Part shown: piece after piece, positions 27,434 to 36,700 of the stretch | Numbering within the stretch: position 1 is the first letter of the stretch | Layout of the letters: the number at the start of each line of letters is the position of its first letter | Source: Gemmatimonadales bacterium | Lineage (GTDB): Bacteria > Gemmatimonadota > Gemmatimonadetes > Gemmatimonadales > GWC2-71-9 | Reading direction: 5' to 3' | DNA: 64,000 nt | Assembly (NCBI GenBank): GCA_039934355.1 | Contig: JBDTMI010000010.1 | Span: 15,481 to 79,480 of the forward strand | The notes under the pieces: model-generated | What the model saw: only the letters and a program-made list of their open reading frames with translations | Database searches by the model: none | What the model was told of the DNA's origin: nothing | Position numbers and translations under genes: made by a program

Positions 27434-27570
27434 ATGCGTCTCGAGGCGCAAGGTCGAATCGGTGTTGCCCCATCCAGTCACATCCGATAGACTCTTGCCC
27501 TCCTGCGGGACAGGCCGTTCCGCCGGGAAACCGACACCCTGTGCGGCCGGCGGCCGCCGGCCGGGAGCGC

Positions 27571-27810
27571 ATGACCATGCCAACGGACAATCCCGATTTC
27601 TCCGATGTGAGCGGCGGCAGTTCCTCCTCCGCCGACGCCAAGGCGGGCCGAACCTACACGATCGCCAAGGGCGACAGCCTCTCGAAGATCGCCAAGCATT
27701 TCTACGGCGACGCCAAGCTCTGGCGCAGGATTCATGAGGCCAACGCCGCGACCATCAAGAATCCCGACCTGATCTTTCCCGGCCAGGTTATCACCATCCC
27801 CGATGCCTGA
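27571..27810 (+). CDS. Small LysM-domain protein
   Basis: YTIAKGDSLSKIAKHFYGDAKLWRRIHEANAATIKNPDLIFPGQVITIP is a canonical LysM. I prefer the ATG at 27571. Confidence 0.75.
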   Translation: MTMPTDNPDFSDVSGGSSSSADAKAGRTYTIAKGDSLSKIAKHFYGDAKLWRRIHEANAATIKNPDLIFPGQVITIPDA

Positions 27811-27828
27811 GCCCGGAGGATTCGAACC

Positions 27829-28296
27829 ATGTACTCAACCGCCTACCGCTTCATCCGTCGCAGCACTGTCGCCGCGCTGATCCTCGCGTCCGCCTGCGGC
27901 AAGAAGGCAGCACCCGCACCACCGGAGGCACCGCCCGCCGCCGCGCCGGCGCCGGTCGCGTTCTCCGTCGCCTCGATTGATCTCGGGAAGACGATTGATG
28001 CGAGTCAGAACGTGGCCGCCGCGATGACCACCTTTAGTCCGCGGGATACGATCTACGCCTCGGTGCGCACCGTGGGCACTGGCACCGCCGCCACCGTGGG
28101 CGCGAAGTGGAGTTTCGTCGACGCCGTCGGGAAGGTGATCCCCGTCAACGAGTCCAGCCAGACGATTTCTCCGACCGGACCGGTCGCCACCGAATTCCAT
28201 ATCACGAAGGCCACCGCGTGGCCCAAGGGCACCTATCGGGTCGAGATCACCCTGAACGGCGCCCCGGCGGGGGTGAAGGACTTCACCGTCCAGTAA
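27829..28296 (+). CDS. Lipoprotein, function unknown
   Basis: Lipobox ILASAC is followed by a Pro/Ala-rich linker. A GGAGGA RBS is present. Confidence 0.6.
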   Translation: MYSTAYRFIRRSTVAALILASACGKKAAPAPPEAPPAAAPAPVAFSVASIDLGKTIDASQNVAAAMTTFSPRDTIYASVRTVGTGTAATVGAKWSFVDAVGKVIPVNESSQTISPTGPVATEFHITKATAWPKGTYRVEITLNGAPAGVKDFTVQ

Positions 28297-28302
28297 TCTC
28301 CG

Positions 28303-29394
28303 CTACCACCGTTCGACGATCAGCAGTACGACCTCCGCGAGATGGACCACATCGCGGAGGTCGATCGTTTCGGCCGGTGAATGGGCGTATCGGAGCGGCC
28401 AGCCAATCGCCACGTTGGGCACGCCCCAGGCGGCGAACTCCGATCCGTCGTTCCCGCCGCTCGTCGTGCCATACTGGAGCGGCACCCGGGCCGTCGTGGC
28501 GAGCGCGCGGAGCGAATCCACCAGCGCCGGCGGTGCCGCGTAGCTGTTGTCGTAGGCCCGGATGACGGGCCCCTGTCCCAGTGCGGCGTGGGCATAGTTT
28601 CCGGGATCGAGCGGTGCATCGGAAGACACGAAGGTGTCGATGGCGTGCACCCGGCCCGCGCTGAGCCCCAGCGCGTCCGCCGCGACACTCGCCCCTTCCA
28701 GCCCGATTTCCTCCCGCACACTCCAGACGAACGCGACAGCATGACGGAGCTTTAACGGATCAATGCGGCGGAGGGCCAGCAGCAGCGCGGCGCACCCCAC
28801 CCGATCATCGAACGATCTGCCGGTCGCTCGGGTGCCCGCAAGGCGGACGAACTCCTTCGGCATCGTGACCGTGGCGCCGGGCGCGATGCCGAGCGCCTCG
28901 GTTGCCGCGCGTGAGCCGCTGCCGACATCAACCCGCAATTCTCCCGGCGCACGACGGGTGGCGCCGGAGTCACGGGGGGTGAGCACGCCCGGCACCATGC
29001 CATGACCGGTGTGGACCAGCGCCGGTTCCGCCTCGAACAGCGACGCGAAGAATCCGCCCTCGGCCGCGAGCAGGAGCTGGCCGTCGTCCCGGATCCCGGT
29101 GACCCGGAAGCCGATTTCATCCATGTGGGCGACAAATATCACTAGCGGATCGCCGCTGCCCGCCCGCACCCACAGGTTGCCGGCGGTATCGACGACCGGC
29201 CGAGCCCACGCCGGCAACTGCCGAAGCACCTCCTCCCGCACTGGTCCCTCCCGGCGCGACACGCCATAGGATTCGACCAGCGGTTCGAGGACGCGCTGCG
29301 CCTCCGCGATCGTGGCCGGTCGCTGGGCCTGCAGCAGCGCGGGGGTCAGCAACGCCGCGAGCCAGAGGGGACACCGGCAGATGGTGCGGCTCAT
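28303..29394 (-). CDS. M42-family (TET/FrvX-like) aminopeptidase with signal peptide
   Basis: All M42 metal and catalytic motifs are present: VAHMDEIGF, FDDRVGCA, VREEIGLEGA, HAIDTF, YAHSPAE. The N-terminal LWLAALLTPALLQAQ is signal-like. Confidence 0.8.
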   Translation of the reverse strand: MSRTICRCPLWLAALLTPALLQAQRPATIAEAQRVLEPLVESYGVSRREGPVREEVLRQLPAWARPVVDTAGNLWVRAGSGDPLVIFVAHMDEIGFRVTGIRDDGQLLLAAEGGFFASLFEAEPALVHTGHGMVPGVLTPRDSGATRRAPGELRVDVGSGSRAATEALGIAPGATVTMPKEFVRLAGTRATGRSFDDRVGCAALLLALRRIDPLKLRHAVAFVWSVREEIGLEGASVAADALGLSAGRVHAIDTFVSSDAPLDPGNYAHAALGQGPVIRAYDNSYAAPPALVDSLRALATTARVPLQYGTTSGGNDGSEFAAWGVPNVAIGWPLRYAHSPAETIDLRDVVHLAEVVLLIVERW

Positions 29395-30359
29395 TCGCCC
29401 CCTCCGATCCGGATGACCAGGGCGCGCTCCATGCGCGCCGCCGCAGTCAGCGATACCGTCTCCACCTGGGTACCGCCATAGCGCACGGGCAGGCCCCAGA
29501 GGTCCAGCATGGGCAGGTTCGCCGGGTCGAGTGAGGCGAGGCGACCAGGCGCCGTGCTGTCCCGCTGCGCATCGAGCAGGATGGCATCGGTAAATGGTCC
29601 GAGCGTCCGGGCGATAGTCGACAACCCGCGCCGGGTAAGGTTCTGCTCCACCAGAAACGCGATCACGACCCGGCCCCGCGCGGGATGCGCCTGTCGCCCC
29701 GCCCGGAGCAGTGCGGCGCAGGCGGCCCGCCTCCCGGCCACCGGAGTGGCGAGCAGAGAATCGCCGTAGCGCAGCGGCGCGCGCGCCCGCGTCACCACCG
29801 AAAGCAGCTCGATCCCGAGTCCGGCGGCCTCCGCGCCGGTCGATGCACCGACATCCACGAACGCCTCGTCTACCGTGAAGGGGGACTCGGTAATGGTCCG
29901 TCCCCGGGTGAGATGTATCGAGCGCACTCCCACCACACCCGGTACCGGGCCTTTCCGCCCAGTGATGGTGACGCGCTGTCCCTCGAGCTGTTGGTCGCCG
30001 AGCGGGCCCGCCGCACCCGCCCGGCGCAGGGTGAGGTATCCGTCGGCGCGAATCGCGCCCACCAGAAATCCCGGCTCATCCAGTGGACAGGCGATCAGCG
30101 TGCGCGGTTCTCCTTCACCGAGGGTGAGCACCACATCACCGGCCCGGTCCCGCGCACTGCCGGGAAGGAGCGCGAGCAGCGTGTCGACCAGCGACTGTTC
30201 ATAGCCGCTCACGGCGGGAATCGCGGCGAACCGGGCTGCAAGCGAGTCGAGCGAAGGCACCGGCTGCTGACCGGCGAGGCCGCCCGGCAGCGTTGCCACA
30301 CACAGCAACACCAGGATTCCCATCCACTGCGTGGGTGGGAGAGGGGAACGGGCGCTCAT
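29391..30359 (-). CDS. M42-like paralogue with degenerate active site (pseudo-peptidase), signal peptide
   Basis: It has the same fold pattern, but the motifs read IACPLDEPGF (H to P), PVAGRRAACA (DDR lost), FLVEQN (EE to EQ) and RYGGTQVE (H lost). ATGA overlaps join it to both neighbours. Confidence 0.6.
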   Translation of the reverse strand: MSARSPLPPTQWMGILVLLCVATLPGGLAGQQPVPSLDSLAARFAAIPAVSGYEQSLVDTLLALLPGSARDRAGDVVLTLGEGEPRTLIACPLDEPGFLVGAIRADGYLTLRRAGAAGPLGDQQLEGQRVTITGRKGPVPGVVGVRSIHLTRGRTITESPFTVDEAFVDVGASTGAEAAGLGIELLSVVTRARAPLRYGDSLLATPVAGRRAACAALLRAGRQAHPARGRVVIAFLVEQNLTRRGLSTIARTLGPFTDAILLDAQRDSTAPGRLASLDPANLPMLDLWGLPVRYGGTQVETVSLTAAARMERALVIRIGGGE

Positions 30360-31363
30360 GATGACCGCACCGGTCCCTTCCCCGCCTTCGTGGTCTGCAG
30401 CGCGCCGGCGATCTCGTTGAGGTCCGTCGCAGTGAGGGTCAGCCCTGCGCCACCGATCCAGCCGTCGACCTGGGCCGCGCTCCGCGCGCCAACGATGGCG
30501 CCGGTCATGCCAGGCCAGGCGAGCGTCCATGCGATCGCCACGGCGGACACAGTGGCGGCATGGCGAGCGGCGATGGGACGCAGGGCATCCCGGAAGGCCA
30601 GATTGCGGGTCAGGTTCGGCTCCTGGAATTCGCCGCCACGCGTCCGCCAGTCGTCCGACGCCATGCGCTCGACGCGCTCGCGCGAAAAGCTCTCGGTCAG
30701 GAGGCCGTTCACCATCGGGCTGTAGCCGATCACTCCCGTGCCGTGATGGGCACACCAGGGCAGCAGGTCGGCACCGGCATCCCGCCGCAGCAGGGAGAAC
30801 GGTGGCTGCAGCGAAGCGACATGCATCAACGGCTCGCAGCGCTCGAGCAGGGCCACATCAAAATTCGAGACCGCACCGAAGCGCACCTTTCCTTCCTCGA
30901 CCAGTCGCCGCATCTCGCCCCAGGAATCCTCCACCGGTGTTCCGGTCTGGTCCGGCCAGTGAAACTGATAGAGATCGATGCGCTCGACGCCGAGGCGACG
31001 GAGGCTCGCTTCGCACTCCCGGCGGATTGAGGCGGGGCGGAGGCTGAGCTCCTCGGCGGCCTGACGATTGGCGGGGTCCCAGATGAGACCGCATTTGGTG
31101 AAGACATAGGGGCGGCGCGCAGCCCCGAGTTCCCGGAGCAGGGCGCCCACCACCTCTTCGGAATGACCGTGGCCGTAGACGGCGGCGGTGTCGATCCAGT
31201 TGACCCCGAGCTCAAGCGCGCGGCGCATGGCCGCTAGGGAGTCGGCGTCATCCTGTGGCCCCCAGCCATACGACCACCCGCCTCCGCCCGCCGCCCAGGC
31301 GCCGAAGCCGACGGTCGTAATCTCCAGTCCAGTGGTGCCGAGCGGTCGAGTGGGCAGGGTCAT
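30356..31363 (-). CDS. Aldo/keto reductase
   Basis: LGTTGLEITTVGFGAWA..., IDTAAVYGHGHSEE and later GVIGYSP follow the AKR pattern. Confidence 0.85.
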   Translation of the reverse strand: MTLPTRPLGTTGLEITTVGFGAWAAGGGGWSYGWGPQDDADSLAAMRRALELGVNWIDTAAVYGHGHSEEVVGALLRELGAARRPYVFTKCGLIWDPANRQAAEELSLRPASIRRECEASLRRLGVERIDLYQFHWPDQTGTPVEDSWGEMRRLVEEGKVRFGAVSNFDVALLERCEPLMHVASLQPPFSLLRRDAGADLLPWCAHHGTGVIGYSPMVNGLLTESFSRERVERMASDDWRTRGGEFQEPNLTRNLAFRDALRPIAARHAATVSAVAIAWTLAWPGMTGAIVGARSAAQVDGWIGGAGLTLTATDLNEIAGALQTTKAGKGPVRSS

Positions 31364-31464
31364 GGAGAACTCAAGGAAGAGGGATAGGACCAGGGGAAGT
31401 CAGCGAGCGACGACGACGGCCCGCACGCCGTGACCTTCCGGTGCTGTCTTTCCGGTCAACGGTA

Positions 31465-33756
31465 TTACTCGACCACGATCTCCACCTCGGCTCGCTGCGG
31501 TCCAGCAACGGCACGGACCCGGTGATTCCCCGGCACAAGCGGCCAGCGTGTGGCTGACGTCGGTCGGTCGTCAATGTACCAGTGCACGGTCTGGCCTGCG
31601 GCGCCTCCGGCGGCCCGGAGCGCGATCGTCGCGTAGCGTGCGGCGACACCCGGAGGAATCAGGTACCGGTCACCGTCGACGGGCGAGACAATCGTCAGGC
31701 GCGGTGCGCCGAGCGAGGGGTCCGAGTGGGACAACGCGACGGAGGCAGAGTCATACCGTCGCGGCCGGATGCTGCGTGCAGTCGCCTGTGCGAGGCTCGC
31801 AAGCCCGTCACTGCTGGCGGCCCAGTCGGCAAATTCCACGGGCAGGTGCAGCTCGCCCCCGGTATGCCAGTGACAGCGGGCCGAGGGTTCGGTCCCGGGA
31901 ACGAAATATTCGGTCACACCGGGGCACTCACCGGTGGCGCGCATTCCGGAGACCCGACAGACCGTGACCGGCACCAGCCCGAGATCCGCGGGTCGAGCAA
32001 GGTCCCCGGGCGGATAGCGGTTGGCCGTCAGCAGCACCGCGCGGTGCAGCAGCGGTCCGGCGCCGGTGATGCCGCTGACACCTTCCATGGGCTGGCCGGA
32101 GAAATTCCCTACCCAGACTGCGACGGTGAAGTTGGCGGTGGTGGCCGCCGCCCAGTTGTCGGTGAAATGACGACTCGTGCCAGTCTTGGCCGCGGCCCGA
32201 AAGGGCCAGTCGAAGGGCGTGCTGATGCCGAATCCGGGCACCCGGGCGACGGGATCGGCGAGCACATCCAGCACCAGCGCGGCAGCGCGTGGTGATACGA
32301 CACGGCGGGTCGCGGCGGCGCCCGGTTCATCCGTCAGCGACTGGGTCATGCTCCATTCGCCGCCGTGCGCCAGGGCACGATAGCCATTCGCCAGCTCGAG
32401 CAGCGTCACATCGCCATTGCCGAGCGCGAGGCCCAGCCCGTAGAACTCCGGTGGTCGCGAGAGCGACGCAAAGCCCGCCTGCAGCAGCCCATGGAGCAGC
32501 GAGGCGTAGCCGATGCGATCGGCCAGCTCGACCGCGGGCACATTGTAGCTGCTGGCCAGCGCCTCACGAGCCCGCACCGGACCATGAAATTCCCGATCAT
32601 AGTTGCGCGGATGATAGGGCCCACCGGCCGTCTGATAGGTCTTCGCAACATCGGCAAGCACCGTCGCCGCCGTGATGCCGCGATCGAAGCCCATGGCATA
32701 CAGAAATGGCTTGAGCGCGGAGCCGGGCTGGCGCGCGCTGATGACCATGTCCACCTGCCCAGCAGTGTCGGCCCAGAAATCGGGCGAGCCGACCCAGGCC
32801 AGAATCTCTCCCGAGTGGTTGTCGAGGACCACGACCGCCGCCTGCCGCCCGCCGCGAGTCGCAAGCTGGGCGACCGTCTGCCGGACCTCACTTTCCAGCT
32901 CGGTCTGCAGAGCGAGATCCAGCGTGGTGCGCCAGCTCCCGCTGAGCCGACGACCGCCCTGCTCCGCTTCCTGAAGCAGGTGACTGGTGAAGTGGGGCGC
33001 AAGGAAGGGCCGACCTGCACCGGCCGAGACGACCGGTTCGAGACTGGCCCGCACCACCTCGTCCTCGCTGGCGTAGCCCTGGGCCTGAAGCGCCGCGAGC
33101 CCGACCAGCCGCCGCACACGGGCCGTTGCCGGATCCACCAGCGGATTCTGACTCGAGGGTGCGCGGGCCAGGGCGGCAAGCATCGCCGCCTGGCCGAGGC
33201 TGGCCTGTCCAGCCGACGCGCCGAAGTAGAGCCGCATCGCCGGCGCGACGCCGACGGCGCCCTGTCCCAGCGGGACCCGGTTGAGATACTGCTCGAGGAT
33301 GACGGACTTGGAGAGATGGGCGTCGAGCCGAAGCGCCCAAAGCGATTGGACCAGCTTGTCACTCCAGCCCCGTCCCATGGGGCGAAGCAGTCGGGCGAGC
33401 TGCATCGTGATCGTCGACGCGCCGGAGACGACTCGGCGGGCGCTGAGGTTGTCCCGCGCGGCGCGCGCCACCGCGCGCAGATCGATGCCGTGATGCTGGT
33501 AGAATCGACGGTCCTCCACCGCGACAAAGGCGCGGGGAAGATCGGGATCGAGTGCCGCGAGTGGCACCCATTGGGTCAGGCTGCCATCCCCGGCGCGGGT
33601 ACTTCGAAGCAACACTCCATGGCGGTCGGTGAGCGCCAGACTCTCGGTACGCGCTGGAGCGAGTAGAGCGTCGGGTAACGGCCACCCGATCCAGGCCGCT
33701 GCCATTGCCGCGAGCGTTGCCGCGGTGATCACGAGCCGGCGAAGGAATCGTTTCAT
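31465..33756 (-). CDS. pbpC: Penicillin-binding protein 1C (bifunctional GT51 transglycosylase / transpeptidase)
   Basis: The GT51 motif is EDRRFYQHHGID. The transpeptidase motifs are SALKPF, SYN and KTGTS. It has the C-terminal PBP1C-type domain and starts 9 nt downstream of the A2M gene. Confidence 0.85.
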   Translation of the reverse strand: MKRFLRRLVITAATLAAMAAAWIGWPLPDALLAPARTESLALTDRHGVLLRSTRAGDGSLTQWVPLAALDPDLPRAFVAVEDRRFYQHHGIDLRAVARAARDNLSARRVVSGASTITMQLARLLRPMGRGWSDKLVQSLWALRLDAHLSKSVILEQYLNRVPLGQGAVGVAPAMRLYFGASAGQASLGQAAMLAALARAPSSQNPLVDPATARVRRLVGLAALQAQGYASEDEVVRASLEPVVSAGAGRPFLAPHFTSHLLQEAEQGGRRLSGSWRTTLDLALQTELESEVRQTVAQLATRGGRQAAVVVLDNHSGEILAWVGSPDFWADTAGQVDMVISARQPGSALKPFLYAMGFDRGITAATVLADVAKTYQTAGGPYHPRNYDREFHGPVRAREALASSYNVPAVELADRIGYASLLHGLLQAGFASLSRPPEFYGLGLALGNGDVTLLELANGYRALAHGGEWSMTQSLTDEPGAAATRRVVSPRAAALVLDVLADPVARVPGFGISTPFDWPFRAAAKTGTSRHFTDNWAAATTANFTVAVWVGNFSGQPMEGVSGITGAGPLLHRAVLLTANRYPPGDLARPADLGLVPVTVCRVSGMRATGECPGVTEYFVPGTEPSARCHWHTGGELHLPVEFADWAASSDGLASLAQATARSIRPRRYDSASVALSHSDPSLGAPRLTIVSPVDGDRYLIPPGVAARYATIALRAAGGAAGQTVHWYIDDRPTSATRWPLVPGNHRVRAVAGPQRAEVEIVVE

Positions 33757-33765
33757 GGCTGCCAG

Positions 33766-36700
33766 CTACTTCCCCTCCACTGTGAACACCCCGCCATCAC
33801 TCCGTCCGTACACCGCCGGGTTGTACATCTCCTCCGCATGCGCGGGCGGGCGCACAAACACGCCCGGTGTCGTCGCGCGGGCGATGTAGGTCATCGTGTA
33901 TGTCCCCTGCCAGAGCACCGTGGCCGAGTAGACCACGCGATCGTCCCGGATCTCCTTGTGATCGAACGGTGTCCACCAGCCGCTGTCCCAGCGGCCATAG
34001 AACCAGCGATCGTCGCTCCCACTCGGCTCCTCCGACTCCCCCTCCGCCTGCTCCGGCGTGAGGAAATTCTGCACCTGATCGCGGCCCGGCCCGGGAACGA
34101 GGCTCGCGGTACGCAGGCTCAGGTCCACCGCTTCGAGGCCAGCGGGCAGCGCATCGTCGATCACCACGAATTCCCGGTCCGCCGGCACCGTCACCCGAAG
34201 GCGCACCCGAACCAGCTGGCCTTCCACGACGCTCACGATTGGCGAGTCCTTGTCGTACCGCTCATACCAGCGCTCGAGACGAATACCCTGGTCTTCGGGA
34301 TTGACCGGCCGCTGCTTCGGTACCTCGTTCACCGTGAGGTAGTAGTAGATCGGGCCGCCGGTGCCGTCAGCCGCCAGCGAGAGCCGCAACGCCGCCTGCC
34401 CGTCGCCCGACTTGGCCAGCAATCCGGTAAGCGGGACACTCGAATCCCGCACCGTCAGGCGCGCGGTGAGGGCCGGGGTCCCCATCATGGTGAACAGCGT
34501 CCGTCCTCCACTCTGCACCGTGAAGCTCCGGGCCGCGCCGGCGCGCATCCGCCGGTCGAAACTGGTGAGTGCGGTCACCGCCGCGGCGTAGTCCTGCGTG
34601 TTCCACGGCGAGAGGACGCCAGCCCGGCCCTGCTGCACCAGGGTTTCCACCAGCGGACCGATCAGCGGATTCGCGGAATCCACCGCGAGCGTGGCGCTGA
34701 GGAGGCGCGCGACCGGCCGCACCCGTGACTCGAAGTAGTGGGTCCGGCGCAACGCCACCTCCGGCACCGTCGCCCGCCGACCCTCCACCTTGACCGACTT
34801 CCATGCCGGCTGCAGCAGCGTCCGCGCCGAGCGGAACGCCTTCCGCCGTGCCAGCACTTCGGCCAGCCGCACCCGGTCTTCCCACGCGAGCTGCGCCGCG
34901 TTGCGCAGCAGCTCGTTTTCCGCCGCGATCTCCGGCTTGCCATAGCGGCTGAGGAAATCGGCGGCGGCAACCTGATCCGCCAGTCGGCCTTCCACGCTTT
35001 CGTACCAGCTCGCCACCGGGGCGCGGACCGGCGCCGGATCCTTGAGCTGGGTCCGCAGGTAGTTGGCCAGATGCGCCAGCACGGAATCATTCACCACGAT
35101 GCCGGCGGCTTTTGCCTCCAGCAGCGCCTGGCCGGCGAAGGCCGACAGCCAGGGGGTGGTCCAGTCCTGACTGTCCCAGTAGCCGATACCACCATCCGGC
35201 CGCTGCCGGCGGGTCAACAGCCCAACCGCCGTCTCGATCTCCCGCTTCGGGTTGCCGGGCAGCAGCGTCACACCTTTGAGGCTTTTCTGCGCCTGATAGA
35301 GCGCGAGGATCGGCAACACCGCACTCGACGCCTGCTCCGTGCAGTAGTACGGATAGACTCTCAGCTGCCAGGTCAGCCCCTTGATGAAGCTCAGCGGCGA
35401 GCTGCCCGAGGTGAGCACCAGTCGCGAACGCTCCGGATCGAGTCCCTCCGGCAGCAGCATCTCCGCGGTCGCCGTGTCGGTGAGCACACCGGAGACGGTC
35501 CACGCGCGTGGCCGGAAGGCCGGCTTGATCGCGAGCCGCGACTGCACCGCGTCGGCGTCACCCGCGCCGCTGACGCGAAAGCGGAAGGTGGCGCTGTCAG
35601 CCTGTCCGAGCGGACCGCTGCCCGGCTGACGGAAGTCGAACCGCACCTCGCGACCACGACCCGCTTCGAGGGTCGCCTTTTGTGATGCGGTACTGGTCAG
35701 GTCCGTGCCGGTCGCTTCGGCCCGCACCTGCACCTCGGGTGTGCCGCCCGCACGCTGGTTGACCACGACACCGGCGCGGAAGGTGTCACCCTCACGCAGG
35801 AAGCGCGGCAGCGCGGGCCGCGCCACGAGCGGTCGCGTCACCAGCATCGGCGACTGACCCTTGCCGTAGCGGTCATTCGCCGTCACCGCCACAGCCATGA
35901 TACGGAAGGTCGTGAGATTGTCAGGCAACTTTGCCCGGGCGGTCGCCACGCCGCTGGAATCGGTGACTACGCTGCCGAGGAAGAAGGCGGTCGTCTTGAA
36001 GCGGGAGCGAAGGATGTCGCTCTCACCGGTGCCGCCACCGCCGCCGGGGGCGCGTCCCCCTTTCTCCCCCTCCGGCACCTGCGGCGCCACCGTCGTCAGG
36101 TTGCTGGCGAGCCGGAGGCCCAGTCCGCGCGGGGCGTAGAGCAGATCGATCGGATCGGGCGTCTGATAGCCGGTGAGGGCCAGCACGCCTTCGTCCACCG
36201 CCCACAACGTGACCTCACCGCGCTGGGCCCGGCCGGCCACATCCGTGAGCGAGACCCGGACAGTCGCCGTATCCCCGGGGCGGTACTCCCGGAGCAGCGG
36301 ATTCACCGTCACCGTAAGTCGCTTCACCTCCGGCGTCACGCGCAGCTCGGTGTACCCTACGCGGATGGTCGGGCGACCGGGATCGTCGAGGGCGCCGGGA
36401 GGCGCGCTGCGTCCCCGCGTCACCATCACCGACACAAAGACATTGGGCGCCCACGATTCCTTCACCGGAAACTTGAGCGTCGCGGAACCGGAGGTCACCT
36501 TCATCCGGCGCTGTTCGATCAATCCCTCGCGTTCGACGGTGATCCATGCCTCGGCATCGGTGAACGGGGACGCGACCAGCACCGTCGCGGTGTCGCCCAC
36601 GCTGTAGCGGCTGCGGTCCGGAATGAGATCCATCTTGAACTGGCTCTCGTCGTTCCACGGCACCCAGTCGCTCCCCGTTGCCCAGCGACTCAGACTGGTG

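Noticed and set aside
27811-27830. ggattcgaacc, resembling the reverse complement of a tRNA T-arm
   Set aside because: The spacer is only 18 nt, between the LysM gene stop and the next ATG. It has no room for a tRNA, and the string is part of a GGAGGA RBS context.
29391-30755. N-terminally extended versions of several ORF-track entries (for example 454 aa here; also 6025-7953, 7698-9629, 42516-44468, 23967-25145, 62523-63323 and 60273-61568)
   Set aside because: The extensions overlap upstream genes or are Arg/Pro-rich. Internal ATGs give proper signal peptides or domain starts and often have RBSs or ATGA coupling. The starts were trimmed accordingly.
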